In this document: one piece after another, positions 11,222 through 20,358 of the stretch | Position numbering within the stretch: position 1 is the first letter of the stretch | Layout: each line of letters begins with the position of its first letter | Assembly: GCA_947493745.1 (NCBI GenBank) | Contig: CANLSM010000001.1 | Span: 89,913 to 153,912 of the forward strand | Reading direction: 5' to 3' | Source of the DNA: an uncultured Rhodobacteraceae bacterium | GTDB taxonomy: Bacteria > Pseudomonadota > Alphaproteobacteria > Rhodobacterales > Rhodobacteraceae | Length of the DNA: 64,000 nucleotides | Position numbers and translations under genes: made by a program | The notes under the pieces: model-generated | The model's input: only the letters and a program-made list of their open reading frames with translations | Told to the model about the DNA's origin: nothing | Databases searched by the model: none

Positions 11222-12334
11222 TCAGTATGTCACCACAGCGCGGATGGACTTGCCCTGGTGCATCAGGTCGAAGCCCTTGTTGATGTCATCAAGGCTCAGC
11301 GTGTGCGTGATCATCGGGTCGATCTCGATCTTGCCATCCATGTACCAGTCCACGATCTTTGGCACATCCGTGCGGCCCCGCGCACCTCCGAAGGCCGTGC
11401 CGCGCCAGCTGCGCCCGGTGACCAACTGGAATGGACGGGTGGAAATCTCCGCTCCCGCTGGCGCCACTCCGATGATGATGCTCTCGCCCCAGCCCTTATG
11501 GGCCGCTTCCAAGGCTGTGCGCATCACGTCCACATTCCCGGTCGCATCAAACGTATAGTCCGCGCCGCCACCAGTGATATCCACGAGGTAAGGCACCATG
11601 TCGCCCTCGACCTCGGCCGGATTGACGAAATCGGTCATCCCGAACCGCGTCGCCATCTCGACCTTGCCGGGGTTGATATCCACGCCCACGATCTGATCGG
11701 CGCCAGCCAGTCTCAGCCCCTGAATGACGTTCAACCCGATGCCGCCCAGCCCGAAGACAATCGCAGTCGAGCCGATTTCGACCTTGGCAGTGTTGATCAC
11801 AGCCCCGATGCCGGTCGTCACCCCGCAGCCGATATAGCAGATCTTGTCGAACGGCGCGTCACTGCGCACCTTGGCCAGCGCGATCTCGGGCACCACGGTG
11901 TGATTGGCGAATGTCGAGCAGCCCATGTAATGCAGGATCGGGTCGCCATCCAAAGTCTTGAACCGGGATGAGCCATCGGGCATCAGGCCCGCGCCCTGGG
12001 TGCTGCGGATCTTCTGGCAGAGATTGGTTTTGGGATTGAGGCAGTACTCGCACTCGCGGCACTCGGGCGTATAAAGCGGAATGACGTGATCACCGGGCTT
12101 CAGAGAGGTCACACCCGCGCCGATCTCAACCACGACACCTGCGCCCTCGTGTCCGAGTATCGCCGGAAAGAGGCCTTCGGGATCAGCACCCGACAGCGTG
12201 AACTCATCGGTGTGACAGATCCCGGTCGCGCGGATCTCAACCAGAACCTCGCCTGCGCGGGGACCGTCAAGCTCCACATCCATCACTTCAAGCGGCGAAC
12301 CGGCCTTTACAGCTACTGCAGCGCGTGTGCGCAT
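11222..12334 (-). CDS. adhC: S-(hydroxymethyl)glutathione dehydrogenase / class III alcohol dehydrogenase
   Basis: GICHTDEFTLSG, GHEGAGVVVEIG and GLGGIGL motifs. Start trimmed to MRTRAAVA (ATG at 12334). Confidence 0.9.
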   Translation of the reverse strand: MRTRAAVAVKAGSPLEVMDVELDGPRAGEVLVEIRATGICHTDEFTLSGADPEGLFPAILGHEGAGVVVEIGAGVTSLKPGDHVIPLYTPECRECEYCLNPKTNLCQKIRSTQGAGLMPDGSSRFKTLDGDPILHYMGCSTFANHTVVPEIALAKVRSDAPFDKICYIGCGVTTGIGAVINTAKVEIGSTAIVFGLGGIGLNVIQGLRLAGADQIVGVDINPGKVEMATRFGMTDFVNPAEVEGDMVPYLVDITGGGADYTFDATGNVDVMRTALEAAHKGWGESIIIGVAPAGAEISTRPFQLVTGRSWRGTAFGGARGRTDVPKIVDWYMDGKIEIDPMITHTLSLDDINKGFDLMHQGKSIRAVVTY

Positions 12335-12479
12335 AGATCTCTCCCCATGGCTGATCACTTTCCCGGCGACAGTAGGGAATTTCCGGTCGGCAAAAAAGCC
12401 TCAATGACCGGTGCCCGCGACGGATTGTCGGAGGCCATGCGTATGAGACATCACCAAACCCAAAAACCGGAGACGATCT

Positions 12480-12959
12480 ATGAAACCGACACTTCCCGTA
12501 TTCACCCTCGCGGCTCTTGCCGTTTTCGCCCTGCAAACGCCCGCCTCGGCGGAGGACCGTCAGGGGCATCGCTCACACAAGATGGAACGGATGCATGGCG
12601 GCGACCGCGGGCCGGGCCGTGCGCTCCACCTGTTTGAGCTTTATGACACAAATGCCGACGGCACGCTCACACAGGAAGAGATCAACGCGGCCCGCGCCGG
12701 ACGACTGGCCGAGTTTGATACCAATTCGGACAACGCGCTGTCACTGGCCGAGTATGAGGCGCTCTGGCTCGATGCAATGCGCGAACGGATGGTGGATCGC
12801 TTCCAGTCGCATGACGATGATGGCGACGGGCTCGTCACAGCCGAGGAGTTCGGGGAGCAGCATGCCCGCATCATCGCCCGAATGGACCGCAACAATGATG
12901 GCGTTGTGAATGCCGACGATCTTCGGCAACGTCGCCGCGGTGCGGCACCGGCGGAATAG
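12480..12959 (+). CDS. secreted protein with four EF-hand calcium-binding loops
   Basis: Signal peptide plus four EF loops: DTNADGTLTQEE, DTNSDNALSLAE, DDDGDGLVTAEE, DRNNDGVVNADD. Confidence 0.8.
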   Translation: MKPTLPVFTLAALAVFALQTPASAEDRQGHRSHKMERMHGGDRGPGRALHLFELYDTNADGTLTQEEINAARAGRLAEFDTNSDNALSLAEYEALWLDAMRERMVDRFQSHDDDGDGLVTAEEFGEQHARIIARMDRNNDGVVNADDLRQRRRGAAPAE

Positions 12960-12962
12960 CGA

Positions 12963-13370
12963 TCAGGGGATCTCGATCTTCTCGCGATTGTAAAACGCGG
13001 TCTGCTTCTGGCCATCGTCATAGGTTACTTCGATGACGATGGTCTCCACGCTGTCGAGCGGCAACGTGACGTAGGGCAGGTGATTTTCGACGTCCAGAAT
13101 GTTGGGGTTCGGCTTGTCCTCGAAACACTCGTCCAGTTCATAATCCTGCGTCGGCTTCTTGGAATTGATGCCGTAGCGCACGCGGCTGAGGCCGCAACGC
13201 CAGCTTTCCAGATGGGTGAAATAGAGGAGGTCATTCCCCTCCCAGCGCCGCACGCCGATCCAGTTGCCCTCTGTTGCCTGAAGGATCGGTCGCACCTGAT
13301 CGGCCGTCACGAACTGGGCCTGAGCAGGGCTCATCAGAAGCAGGGCAGTGAGAACGGTCCATAGGCGCAT
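12963..13370 (-). CDS. hypothetical secreted protein
   Basis: 135 aa with signal peptide MRLWTVLTALLLMSPAQA. No family recognised. Confidence 0.5.
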   Translation of the reverse strand: MRLWTVLTALLLMSPAQAQFVTADQVRPILQATEGNWIGVRRWEGNDLLYFTHLESWRCGLSRVRYGINSKKPTQDYELDECFEDKPNPNILDVENHLPYVTLPLDSVETIVIEVTYDDGQKQTAFYNREKIEIP

Positions 13371-13392
13371 GCGTGTCTCCTTTTTTTAGCGC

Positions 13393-13812
13393 TCACTCGT
13401 CGATTACGCGACCCCGTGTCGTTTTCAAAGAGGCCCGCTTCGACTTTGCATCCAAACGGCGCTTTTTTGAGGCAAGGGTCGGCCGTGTTCTGATCCGTTT
13501 CTTCGGACGTTCCAGCGCCTTGAGCACCAGATCGCGCAACTTCGCCTGGGCATCCTCTCGGTTCATCGCCTGCGAGCGATGCTTGTCCGATGTGACGATC
13601 ACCGCGCCTTCCTTGGTCCAGCGAAAACCGGCGATGCGCTTCAGTCGCGCCTTCACATCCGCGGGCAGATGCGGACTGCGCTCGGCCTCGAACCGAAGCG
13701 ATACGGCTGTGTTCACCTTGTTCACGTTCTGGCCGCCGGGACCGGACGCACGCGCAAAGGTCTCGGTCAGTTCCCAGTCTGCCAATGTGATCTGTTCATT
13801 GATGATGATCAT
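13393..13812 (-). CDS. arfB: alternative ribosome-rescue factor / peptidyl-tRNA hydrolase ArfB
   Basis: GGQ motif (GPGGQNVNKV) and a basic C-terminal tail. The ORF-track TTG start at 13821 is replaced by ATG at 13812 (MIIINEQ...), giving 139 aa. Confidence 0.85.
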   Translation of the reverse strand: MIIINEQITLADWELTETFARASGPGGQNVNKVNTAVSLRFEAERSPHLPADVKARLKRIAGFRWTKEGAVIVTSDKHRSQAMNREDAQAKLRDLVLKALERPKKRIRTRPTLASKKRRLDAKSKRASLKTTRGRVIDE

Positions 13813-14065
13813 GGCACTCAAGTCTCAGACGCGGAAATGGCCGCGCTTTTCCGCACGGCCATTCCCTTTTTCTGCAGAGTTTCGGAGGTGGATCAGACGG
13901 ATCCATGACCCAAAACGGTGGTCTGTCGCGCCACAGGGGGCTGCCCCTGCTAGCGGATCACCTCCCGCTTAAATCCAACCAACTTCTCCAAAATCTCATG
14001 AGACATTGGATCACCTCCTTCCGCTTGTTTCAGTTGAGACAAGGGTGCCACAGATTGACGCCAAG

Positions 14066-14692
14066 TCAAACAGTTTTTGTCCGCTGTGCGCGGGTCAGTA
14101 TCAGCCGGAACGGGATCAGTGCTGCAAGCGCGATGAGCAGCTTCACACCAAAATCGGCAACGGCAAGCGAGACCCAAAGCGGCAACGCAGGTCCGACCCC
14201 CAGCATCGGAACGATATCCGCCGCCCAGGATACATCCGTTCCCGCATGGATAAAGGCGAGACTGGCTGAGAAGGCAATCGAGAAGAAAAGCGCCGTGTCG
14301 AGCGCGCCGCCGATGACGCTGGACACCAGTGGAGCCTGCCACCAGGCCGACGATTTCAGACGGCTGAAAATCGCCACATCCAGCAGCTGCGCACTCAGAA
14401 ACGCGATACCTGAACCAATGGCCACGCGTACCGAGACGAGCGGGCCGAATTCGCCCTCGATCTGGCTGCCGATGAGCGAACAGGCAATACCGACGGCAAA
14501 CCCCGCAAGAACCACCTGCCGCGCCGCTCTTTCGCCATGCAGCCGGTTCATCAGATCCGTGACAAGAAAGGCGATCGGATAGGTGAACGCGCCCCAAGTC
14601 AGCCAGCTCCCAAAAAGGTGCTGAACGAGGATATTGGACGCGACGACAACGGCTGCCATCGCGGCGATACCGGTGAGGAGAGATCTGGACAT
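14066..14692 (-). CDS. yhhQ: queuosine-precursor transporter (YhhQ / VUT family)
   Basis: 208-aa polytopic protein. ASNILVQHLF...FTYPIAFLVTDLMNRLHG is typical of the YhhQ/DUF165 family. Confidence 0.8.
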   Translation of the reverse strand: MSRSLLTGIAAMAAVVVASNILVQHLFGSWLTWGAFTYPIAFLVTDLMNRLHGERAARQVVLAGFAVGIACSLIGSQIEGEFGPLVSVRVAIGSGIAFLSAQLLDVAIFSRLKSSAWWQAPLVSSVIGGALDTALFFSIAFSASLAFIHAGTDVSWAADIVPMLGVGPALPLWVSLAVADFGVKLLIALAALIPFRLILTRAQRTKTV

Positions 14693-14700
14693 GGCGATAT

Positions 14701-14738
14701 GGTGTTCCGTTTTTTAATGAAGGTTGCGGAGACTTCGG
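14701..14738 (-). promoter_or_regulatory. candidate preQ1-I riboswitch (H-type pseudoknot) in the yhhQ 5' leader
   Basis: Minus-strand RNA CCGAAG-UCUCCGCAAC-CUUC-AUUAAAAAACGGAACACC. P1 is GAAG/CUUC, the loop starts UC and ends AAC, and an A-rich tail follows. Loop UCCG can pair with tail CGGA. It ends 8 nt before the yhhQ ATG. Confidence 0.4.
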
Positions 14739-14784
14739 TTTCTCGAAGCGCTGCCAGTACCCAAAACCATTCGACTGTTCAAGC

Positions 14785-15396
14785 CTAAAGCAGCCCGACC
14801 TCCGTGAGGGCATGCGCGAGCCTTTGGGGATCCGAAAAGACATGCCCCTGCCAGCCGCGAGCTTGGGCGGCCTCGATATTCTCCACCCTGTCGTCGATAA
14901 AAAAGAGCGATGCACCGGCAAGTCCGGTCTCCTCCTCCACCATCTGGTAGATGCGCGGATCCGGCTTGATCACGCCCATATGACCCGAGATGAACTGCCG
15001 GTCGAACTCTGTCAGAACGGGATATGCGGCTTGCGCAATCTCGAAGCTCTCCCTGCCGAAATTCGAAAGCGCCAGAACCCGCACTCCATCCTTTCGGAGG
15101 CGGCGCAGGATGTCCCATGAGCCTTCGATGCCGGGCGCGAACATCTCGATCCAGCGATCGTGCCAGGCCCGTATCAGATCACGATTCTTTGCATGCCGAT
15201 CTGCCTCGGCATAGATGGTTTCCCGGAATGGCGCGCCCAGATCGATCTGTTCGTTCATGGCGTTCAGATTGGCCGCCTCAAAGAGCCGGTTTCGGGCCGC
15301 CGGATCAGGAAGCAGCTCGGCATAGAGCTGATCGGGCGACCAGTTCACCAGCACATTTCCAATGTCAAAGACCACCGCGTCCGGTTTTTGCGCCAT
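14785..15396 (-). CDS. HAD-superfamily hydrolase
   Basis: DxG motif I variant (VVFDIGNVL; no second Asp) and a distal FIDD motif. Confidence 0.75.
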   Translation of the reverse strand: MAQKPDAVVFDIGNVLVNWSPDQLYAELLPDPAARNRLFEAANLNAMNEQIDLGAPFRETIYAEADRHAKNRDLIRAWHDRWIEMFAPGIEGSWDILRRLRKDGVRVLALSNFGRESFEIAQAAYPVLTEFDRQFISGHMGVIKPDPRIYQMVEEETGLAGASLFFIDDRVENIEAAQARGWQGHVFSDPQRLAHALTEVGLL

Positions 15397-15400
15397 CGAT

Positions 15401-16570
15401 TCAGACCCTCACAATTCGCATCCAGATAAGAATGAGGGGATAGAGACCTGCGGGTGTCAGAAGTGCAAGCGCCATCGGTAGCCCCAGCCAGGATCCCAGG
15501 GTCCCGATCAGGGGCGGTCCGATCAGAAACGCCGAGAAGGCGAAGAATGTAACCGCCGCAATGTTGCGCTCAGCACTTTGGTCCGTTTCGCGTCCGGCAA
15601 CCGAAACTGTGAGCGGGTAGATGTTTGCGGCTCCCGCACCAAGAAGCAGCGCACTGACGGTTGCCATCAATACGCTTGTTGACTGGCTGAAAAGGAAAAT
15701 GCCGACCGTGGCGAAAACGGCCGACATCATCAGGATGAGCCGGATCGAAAACGCATCCACCAGTCGGTCCCCGACCAGTCGCATACCACCCATCGCACAG
15801 TTGAATGCGCCCAGGATGAAGGCGGCGGTCAGGGCATCGAACGCCAACCAGTCCCGCAGAAAAAGCGCCGACCATTCCAGCATTGCGCCTTCCAGCAGCA
15901 AAGCGCCCACCGGCAGAAAGCATAGTGCCAGCACAACCCGGCTCGGCAGGACAAAGCCCTTTCGAACCGGCTGTTGAGATGCGGTGTCGGGAACCAGTTG
16001 CAGTCCGAACCAAATGGCGGCGGCGGCAAAGAGTGGTGACATGACAAGTTGCTGGGTCAGAAAGGAGATGTCCGCCTGCGCGAATGCGCCGCCTGTCAGG
16101 GCCCCGACAACCGATCCAAAGCTCCAGAACGCATGGCATTTGGTCATGATCCGCCTGCCACCTGCCTGCTCCATCTCGCTTGCCTTGGCGTTCATGCCCA
16201 CTTCGACCGATGCGATCGAGAGGCCACAGAGAAACAATGCCACCGAAAGACTGGTCGCCGACCAGGCAAGGGCCGGCAATGCGAAGCTGATTAGGAACAC
16301 TGCGTTGCCCCAGGTCGCAACCCTTGCTCTTCCGGCCCGCTCGATGAGCTGGGCGGAAAACAGAAACCCGATCAAAGTGCCCAGAGGCAGAAAGAAGAGG
16401 CAGAGCGATAGCGTGAAGAGATCAAGGCCCAACGCGGCCTTCACATCGGGAATACGCGGAAACCAAAGCGCAATCCCGATAGCATTCAATCCGAATACAG
16501 CCTGTATCGGGACCAGCGGGACCGAACCTGTGGTAGGATGAGACAGGTCTGACAAATGGCGTCTCCCCAA
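15401..16570 (-). CDS. MFS transporter
   Basis: 389 aa with about 12 predicted TM segments. The exact start is uncertain. Confidence 0.7.
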   Translation of the reverse strand: MGRRHLSDLSHPTTGSVPLVPIQAVFGLNAIGIALWFPRIPDVKAALGLDLFTLSLCLFFLPLGTLIGFLFSAQLIERAGRARVATWGNAVFLISFALPALAWSATSLSVALFLCGLSIASVEVGMNAKASEMEQAGGRRIMTKCHAFWSFGSVVGALTGGAFAQADISFLTQQLVMSPLFAAAAIWFGLQLVPDTASQQPVRKGFVLPSRVVLALCFLPVGALLLEGAMLEWSALFLRDWLAFDALTAAFILGAFNCAMGGMRLVGDRLVDAFSIRLILMMSAVFATVGIFLFSQSTSVLMATVSALLLGAGAANIYPLTVSVAGRETDQSAERNIAAVTFFAFSAFLIGPPLIGTLGSWLGLPMALALLTPAGLYPLILIWMRIVRV

Positions 16571-16733
16571 GACCGGGCCAGTGCTGATCCGCTGTCGGTG
16601 GTTGTTGTTCAGAAACAGGTTGTTTGGACGGAGTTGATCGCCATCCCTTAAATCGCATTAAGTGCGCGATCCCATGCAGTCAACAGATCAACCCGATCAA
16701 AGAGGCCCGGACCTGTCGGTAGACTGATCTGAA

Positions 16734-17846
16734 CTATTGTACAATGAACTCGGCATGCAAAGCACCAGCCGCCTTGATGGCTTTCAGGATATCGATCATA
16801 TCTCGCGGAGATACGCCCAAGGCGTTGAGACCACGAATGACCTCCGGCAACGACACAGAATCCTCGACCAGTGCCAAGCCGGTCCCGGGCTCTTCGTTCA
16901 ATTGTGCAGCGGTTCGGGGGATGACAATGGGGGTGCCATCGGCTGTAAATGGATTTGGCTGAACCACTAGAGGTGTTTCCTGCACCCGCAAAGTCAGGTT
17001 GCCCTGGCTGACGGCAACTCTCGAGATACGTACATCCGAACCCAGCACAATGGTGCCCGATCTTTGATCCACAACAACTCGCGCCTTTTGCGCTGGTGCG
17101 ACCTCGATGTTCTCCAAAACACTGATGAGACGCGGCAGGCTTGGGAGGCCGCGTCGCTGGAGATCCAATTGCACAGTACCGCTATCCAGCATGGTGGCAA
17201 TCGGTGCGCCTATTCGCGCATTTATCGCCTGCTCGATTCTAGACGCCGTGGTAAAGTCCGGGTTCCGGAGGGCCAGTCTGATATTGCTGAAGGAATTGAA
17301 GTCGAACTCCACTTCGCGCTCAACCCGGGCTCCTGAGGGAATGACACCAGCGGTCGGTACGCCCTGCACGACCTGCGCTGCATCGCCGCCCGCTGAAGCA
17401 CCACCGGCAATCACCGATCCTTGCGCCACAGCGTAAATCTGTCCATCTGCGGCATTCAGAGGCGTCATTATCAGAGTGCCTCCCAGAAGGCTTTTCGCGT
17501 CCCCGATCGTGGACACGGTAACGTCGATTTTCCCGCCAGCACGTGCAAATGGCGGCAGTGCGCCGGTCACCAGAACCGCCGCGACATTTTTTGCGCGGAA
17601 CTGCTCGCCCGAGACGTTGATGCCCAGGCGTTCGAGAAGATTGACCATTGCCTCTTCGGTGAAGGGAGAATTTCGCAGGCTGTCACCCGACCCGTTCAAA
17701 CCAACAACGAGCCCGTAGCCTACAAGGTCGTTTCCTCTGACACCATCAAACTCAACCAAATCCTTTATTCTCGCCTGACTGGCGAGGCATAAGCCGGGCA
17801 GAAGGCAGACAAGGAACAGGATCAGAATTCGGTTTCGGAGTTTCAA
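16734..17846 (-). CDS. flgI: flagellar P-ring protein
   Basis: RIKDLVEFDGVRGNDLVGYGLVVGLNGSGD is the FlgI signature. There is no in-frame ATG after the ORF-track start, so a TTG at 17846 (LKLRNRILILFLV signal peptide) is proposed. This gives 370 aa and leaves 7 nt after the flgL stop. Confidence 0.85.
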   Translation of the reverse strand: MKLRNRILILFLVCLLPGLCLASQARIKDLVEFDGVRGNDLVGYGLVVGLNGSGDSLRNSPFTEEAMVNLLERLGINVSGEQFRAKNVAAVLVTGALPPFARAGGKIDVTVSTIGDAKSLLGGTLIMTPLNAADGQIYAVAQGSVIAGGASAGGDAAQVVQGVPTAGVIPSGARVEREVEFDFNSFSNIRLALRNPDFTTASRIEQAINARIGAPIATMLDSGTVQLDLQRRGLPSLPRLISVLENIEVAPAQKARVVVDQRSGTIVLGSDVRISRVAVSQGNLTLRVQETPLVVQPNPFTADGTPIVIPRTAAQLNEEPGTGLALVEDSVSLPEVIRGLNALGVSPRDMIDILKAIKAAGALHAEFIVQ

Positions 17847-17853
17847 TGGGAAT

Positions 17854-18864
17854 CTACCTGATGAAATTCGTGAATGTGAGCGACGACATGCGAGCCGTAA
17901 CGGTGTAAAGCGATTGAAGCTGCCCTTCGAGTGACGCAAAGCGCGCCGCAGCCTTATATTGGTCAACGCCCGCGATTTCACGTCTGGCAAGATCAAGGCT
18001 AAAGGTTTCAGCCTCGTAAAAGCTGCGCGCTTCGCTCATCTTTTGCTCAGCGACGCCCAAAGCTGATTTGAGATCAACCAGACCCGTCTTCGCGCCAAAT
18101 GTAAGAGTTCCCGCTTCGCTCATGAGGTCAAGTTGCATATCGCGATCGGCGCTGCCTGCTCCACCCGACACAGTGGCTGCAACCACCAAGCCCTGAATGA
18201 GGGACCTGATGGCATCATCATCGGCGCGCGGCAGGTATTGAAGACGGGTGGCCTCAGCAATTTCGACAGGTGGCGCATCAAGAGTGGACCCCTGATAAAT
18301 GTCGGTTTCGAAACCACCTCCGGCAGAGAAGAAGTAGTCTTCAATGGCGGCAAGTGCACTGGCCGTGTCAGGGCCAGCGTCAATCAGAGCAGATACATCG
18401 CTGACCATCTGATCGAGATTGGCCAGCGCCTTCGTATCTTCGGCAGCGCCTGAAAAAAGCGATCTGCCGGCATAAGTTCCGTTTAGCGTGCTGAAAACAG
18501 TCTCAAGTGCTGCGCGGGTCTCGTTGGCGTAGACACCTGAAGCAACAATGTCTCCGGTTTCAACCGCCGCCACGAGACGTAACCCAGACTGATCAGCCAG
18601 ATCGCTCAACAGCTGCAGACGGGTTTGCACATTGTCCGCGCGGTTTGACGCATTTGAAAGATCTGAAATCTGCTGCGAAATACGCGAAAGAGAACGGTCA
18701 ATGGAAAACAATTCCGTGTAGTCTCCACCGGCTGCTTTCTTGACGTCAGCTTTCAAACCGGTTGTCAGTTCCTGCCCCGCATCTTGCATGGCAAGACGAA
18801 GAGACTGCGCCTGACGCATTTGCATGAGGCTGGATGTCAGATCTGAAATGGCACCTGGAAGCAT
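17854..18864 (-). CDS. flgL: flagellar hook-associated protein 3
   Basis: 336 aa with flagellin-like N and C termini, positioned after flgK. Confidence 0.75.
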   Translation of the reverse strand: MLPGAISDLTSSLMQMRQAQSLRLAMQDAGQELTTGLKADVKKAAGGDYTELFSIDRSLSRISQQISDLSNASNRADNVQTRLQLLSDLADQSGLRLVAAVETGDIVASGVYANETRAALETVFSTLNGTYAGRSLFSGAAEDTKALANLDQMVSDVSALIDAGPDTASALAAIEDYFFSAGGGFETDIYQGSTLDAPPVEIAEATRLQYLPRADDDAIRSLIQGLVVAATVSGGAGSADRDMQLDLMSEAGTLTFGAKTGLVDLKSALGVAEQKMSEARSFYEAETFSLDLARREIAGVDQYKAAARFASLEGQLQSLYTVTARMSSLTFTNFIR

Positions 18865-18867
18865 GGC

Positions 18868-20334
18868 TTAGAGCTCCAATAAGCTGCGGATCATTGAGTC
18901 TGCGACAGACATGACCCTGGCATTTGCGGCATAGGCCTGTTCCACTAGAAGAAGCTGCTGCAGTTCGCGATCGGTATCCACGCCGCTTGCCGCGCTTTCT
19001 GCTTCCTTCAGGCTGGCAGAGTAGGCGGTATTGAACGATAGCCGATCATCTGCCAACTGTGAGGCAGTCGCCTGTTGTGTCGTCAGTTCGGTGGCGAAGC
19101 CCGCGAAACTCATGGCAGCGGAGGTCTCGAAAGATAGCGGCGCGGACCGTGTTCCGGTCAGCGCGTCCGACATCGCCACAATCAAGGTTGATGATCCTAC
19201 AACGCCGGGCGTGGCCGCATTGATGCCGTCGCGCAGCCGCCAGAGAGCGCCACCCTGATTGGGATCCACCGCTGCGTTGACCGCAATACGCTCGGCAATA
19301 CCCGCCTGATTGGCGGTCGAGAAGGCGACGCCCCCATCGGTGAAGAGACCGGCATCGCCAGCACCCAGAGATGGATCCACGGACGGGTCCTGAAACCGTT
19401 CAATGAGATCGGTGGCCAAGGCATCAAGTCGATCATCAAACTCCGGGACTGTCACGTCTCGCGTCTCGAACAGCGCTGAAAGCGAGCCACCGTCAAGCGA
19501 GCCACTGTTCGTACCGGTTCCAATGGTTTGTGGTGTGCCGTTGATGGATATGCCCGAAAGAAGGCCGTTGCCGATCGTCATGCCCGGCGTGATTGTCCCG
19601 GCGGGCGTGAACTCCAGCTCGTTCACGCGACCATCCAGCAAAGTTGCCCCGTTTTTGGTGAAAATCGCGATGCCATCATTTGCCCGTTGGGTCGTCTTGA
19701 TCGGCAGAATGCTGGAAATCTGATCAAGCAACTGGTTGCGCTGGTCAATCAAGGCGGATGTATCGCCACCGGAAACGGAGCGGACCTGAATCTCTCGATT
19801 CAGTGTGGAGATATCCTGCAATGCCGAGTTGACCTGACTGACCTGTCGGGCAATCGATTTATCGGCATCCATACGGATCCGACGATTTTCGGTCGAGATC
19901 TGACTTATCGTGCTTGTGAGCGACTGGGCTGCATCCAGAAGACTTGCCTGTTTGGAGGTCGAAGCGGGATCGTTCGAGGCCGCAACCATCGCGGTTTCCA
20001 ACTGGGCAGCGCGCGCTGCGAGTGCACCTGTGCTCCCCGGTGCCCCCAACGCATCCGCGACTCGTGCCAGCGTATCTGACCTTGTGGTTGAAGCGCCCAG
20101 CTCGGCATCGATGCGACGACGGTCAGCGGTCAGGCCGGGGTTTTGCTCCAACCTGATGCCACTTACCCGGGCACCGGCACCGTCGCCTGCCACAACGACA
20201 GAACTGATCTCCGTCGTTCGGCGCGTGTAACCCGGTGTCATCGCATTCGCCACGTTGTTCGAGATGATCTCAGCGTTCCGCGACGAGACGTTCAGCCCTG
20301 ACAGGGCGTTGGACAAAGCCGTTGAGATACTCAT
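18868..20334 (-). CDS. flgK: flagellar hook-associated protein 1
   Basis: N-terminus MSISTALSNALSGLNVSSRNAEIISNNVANAMTPGYTRR and a rod/hook C-terminal heptad region. Confidence 0.9.
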   Translation of the reverse strand: MSISTALSNALSGLNVSSRNAEIISNNVANAMTPGYTRRTTEISSVVVAGDGAGARVSGIRLEQNPGLTADRRRIDAELGASTTRSDTLARVADALGAPGSTGALAARAAQLETAMVAASNDPASTSKQASLLDAAQSLTSTISQISTENRRIRMDADKSIARQVSQVNSALQDISTLNREIQVRSVSGGDTSALIDQRNQLLDQISSILPIKTTQRANDGIAIFTKNGATLLDGRVNELEFTPAGTITPGMTIGNGLLSGISINGTPQTIGTGTNSGSLDGGSLSALFETRDVTVPEFDDRLDALATDLIERFQDPSVDPSLGAGDAGLFTDGGVAFSTANQAGIAERIAVNAAVDPNQGGALWRLRDGINAATPGVVGSSTLIVAMSDALTGTRSAPLSFETSAAMSFAGFATELTTQQATASQLADDRLSFNTAYSASLKEAESAASGVDTDRELQQLLLVEQAYAANARVMSVADSMIRSLLEL

Positions 20335-20358
20335 TTCACTCCCCCTTCTTACGAACGG

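Noticed and set aside
13905-14582. 225-aa plus-strand ORF preceded by a strong GGAGGTG Shine-Dalgarno.
   Set aside because: Most of it runs antisense through yhhQ, with a low-complexity Ser/Ala/Arg-rich translation. The SD-like sequence is better explained as the inverted copy of the motif in the arfB leader.
13950-14921. 323-aa minus-strand ORF spanning yhhQ in another frame.
   Set aside because: It is out of frame with the well-supported YhhQ translation and has an Arg/Gly/Cys-rich composition. Only its last 18 codons, which have their own SD and ATG, are discussed as a possible mini-ORF.
16648-16661. TTAAATCGCATTAA upstream of the MFS gene, considered as a CtrA box.
   Set aside because: The spacing is TTAA-N6-TTAA, not the N7 required for CtrA. 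It is also not upstream of a flagellar promoter.
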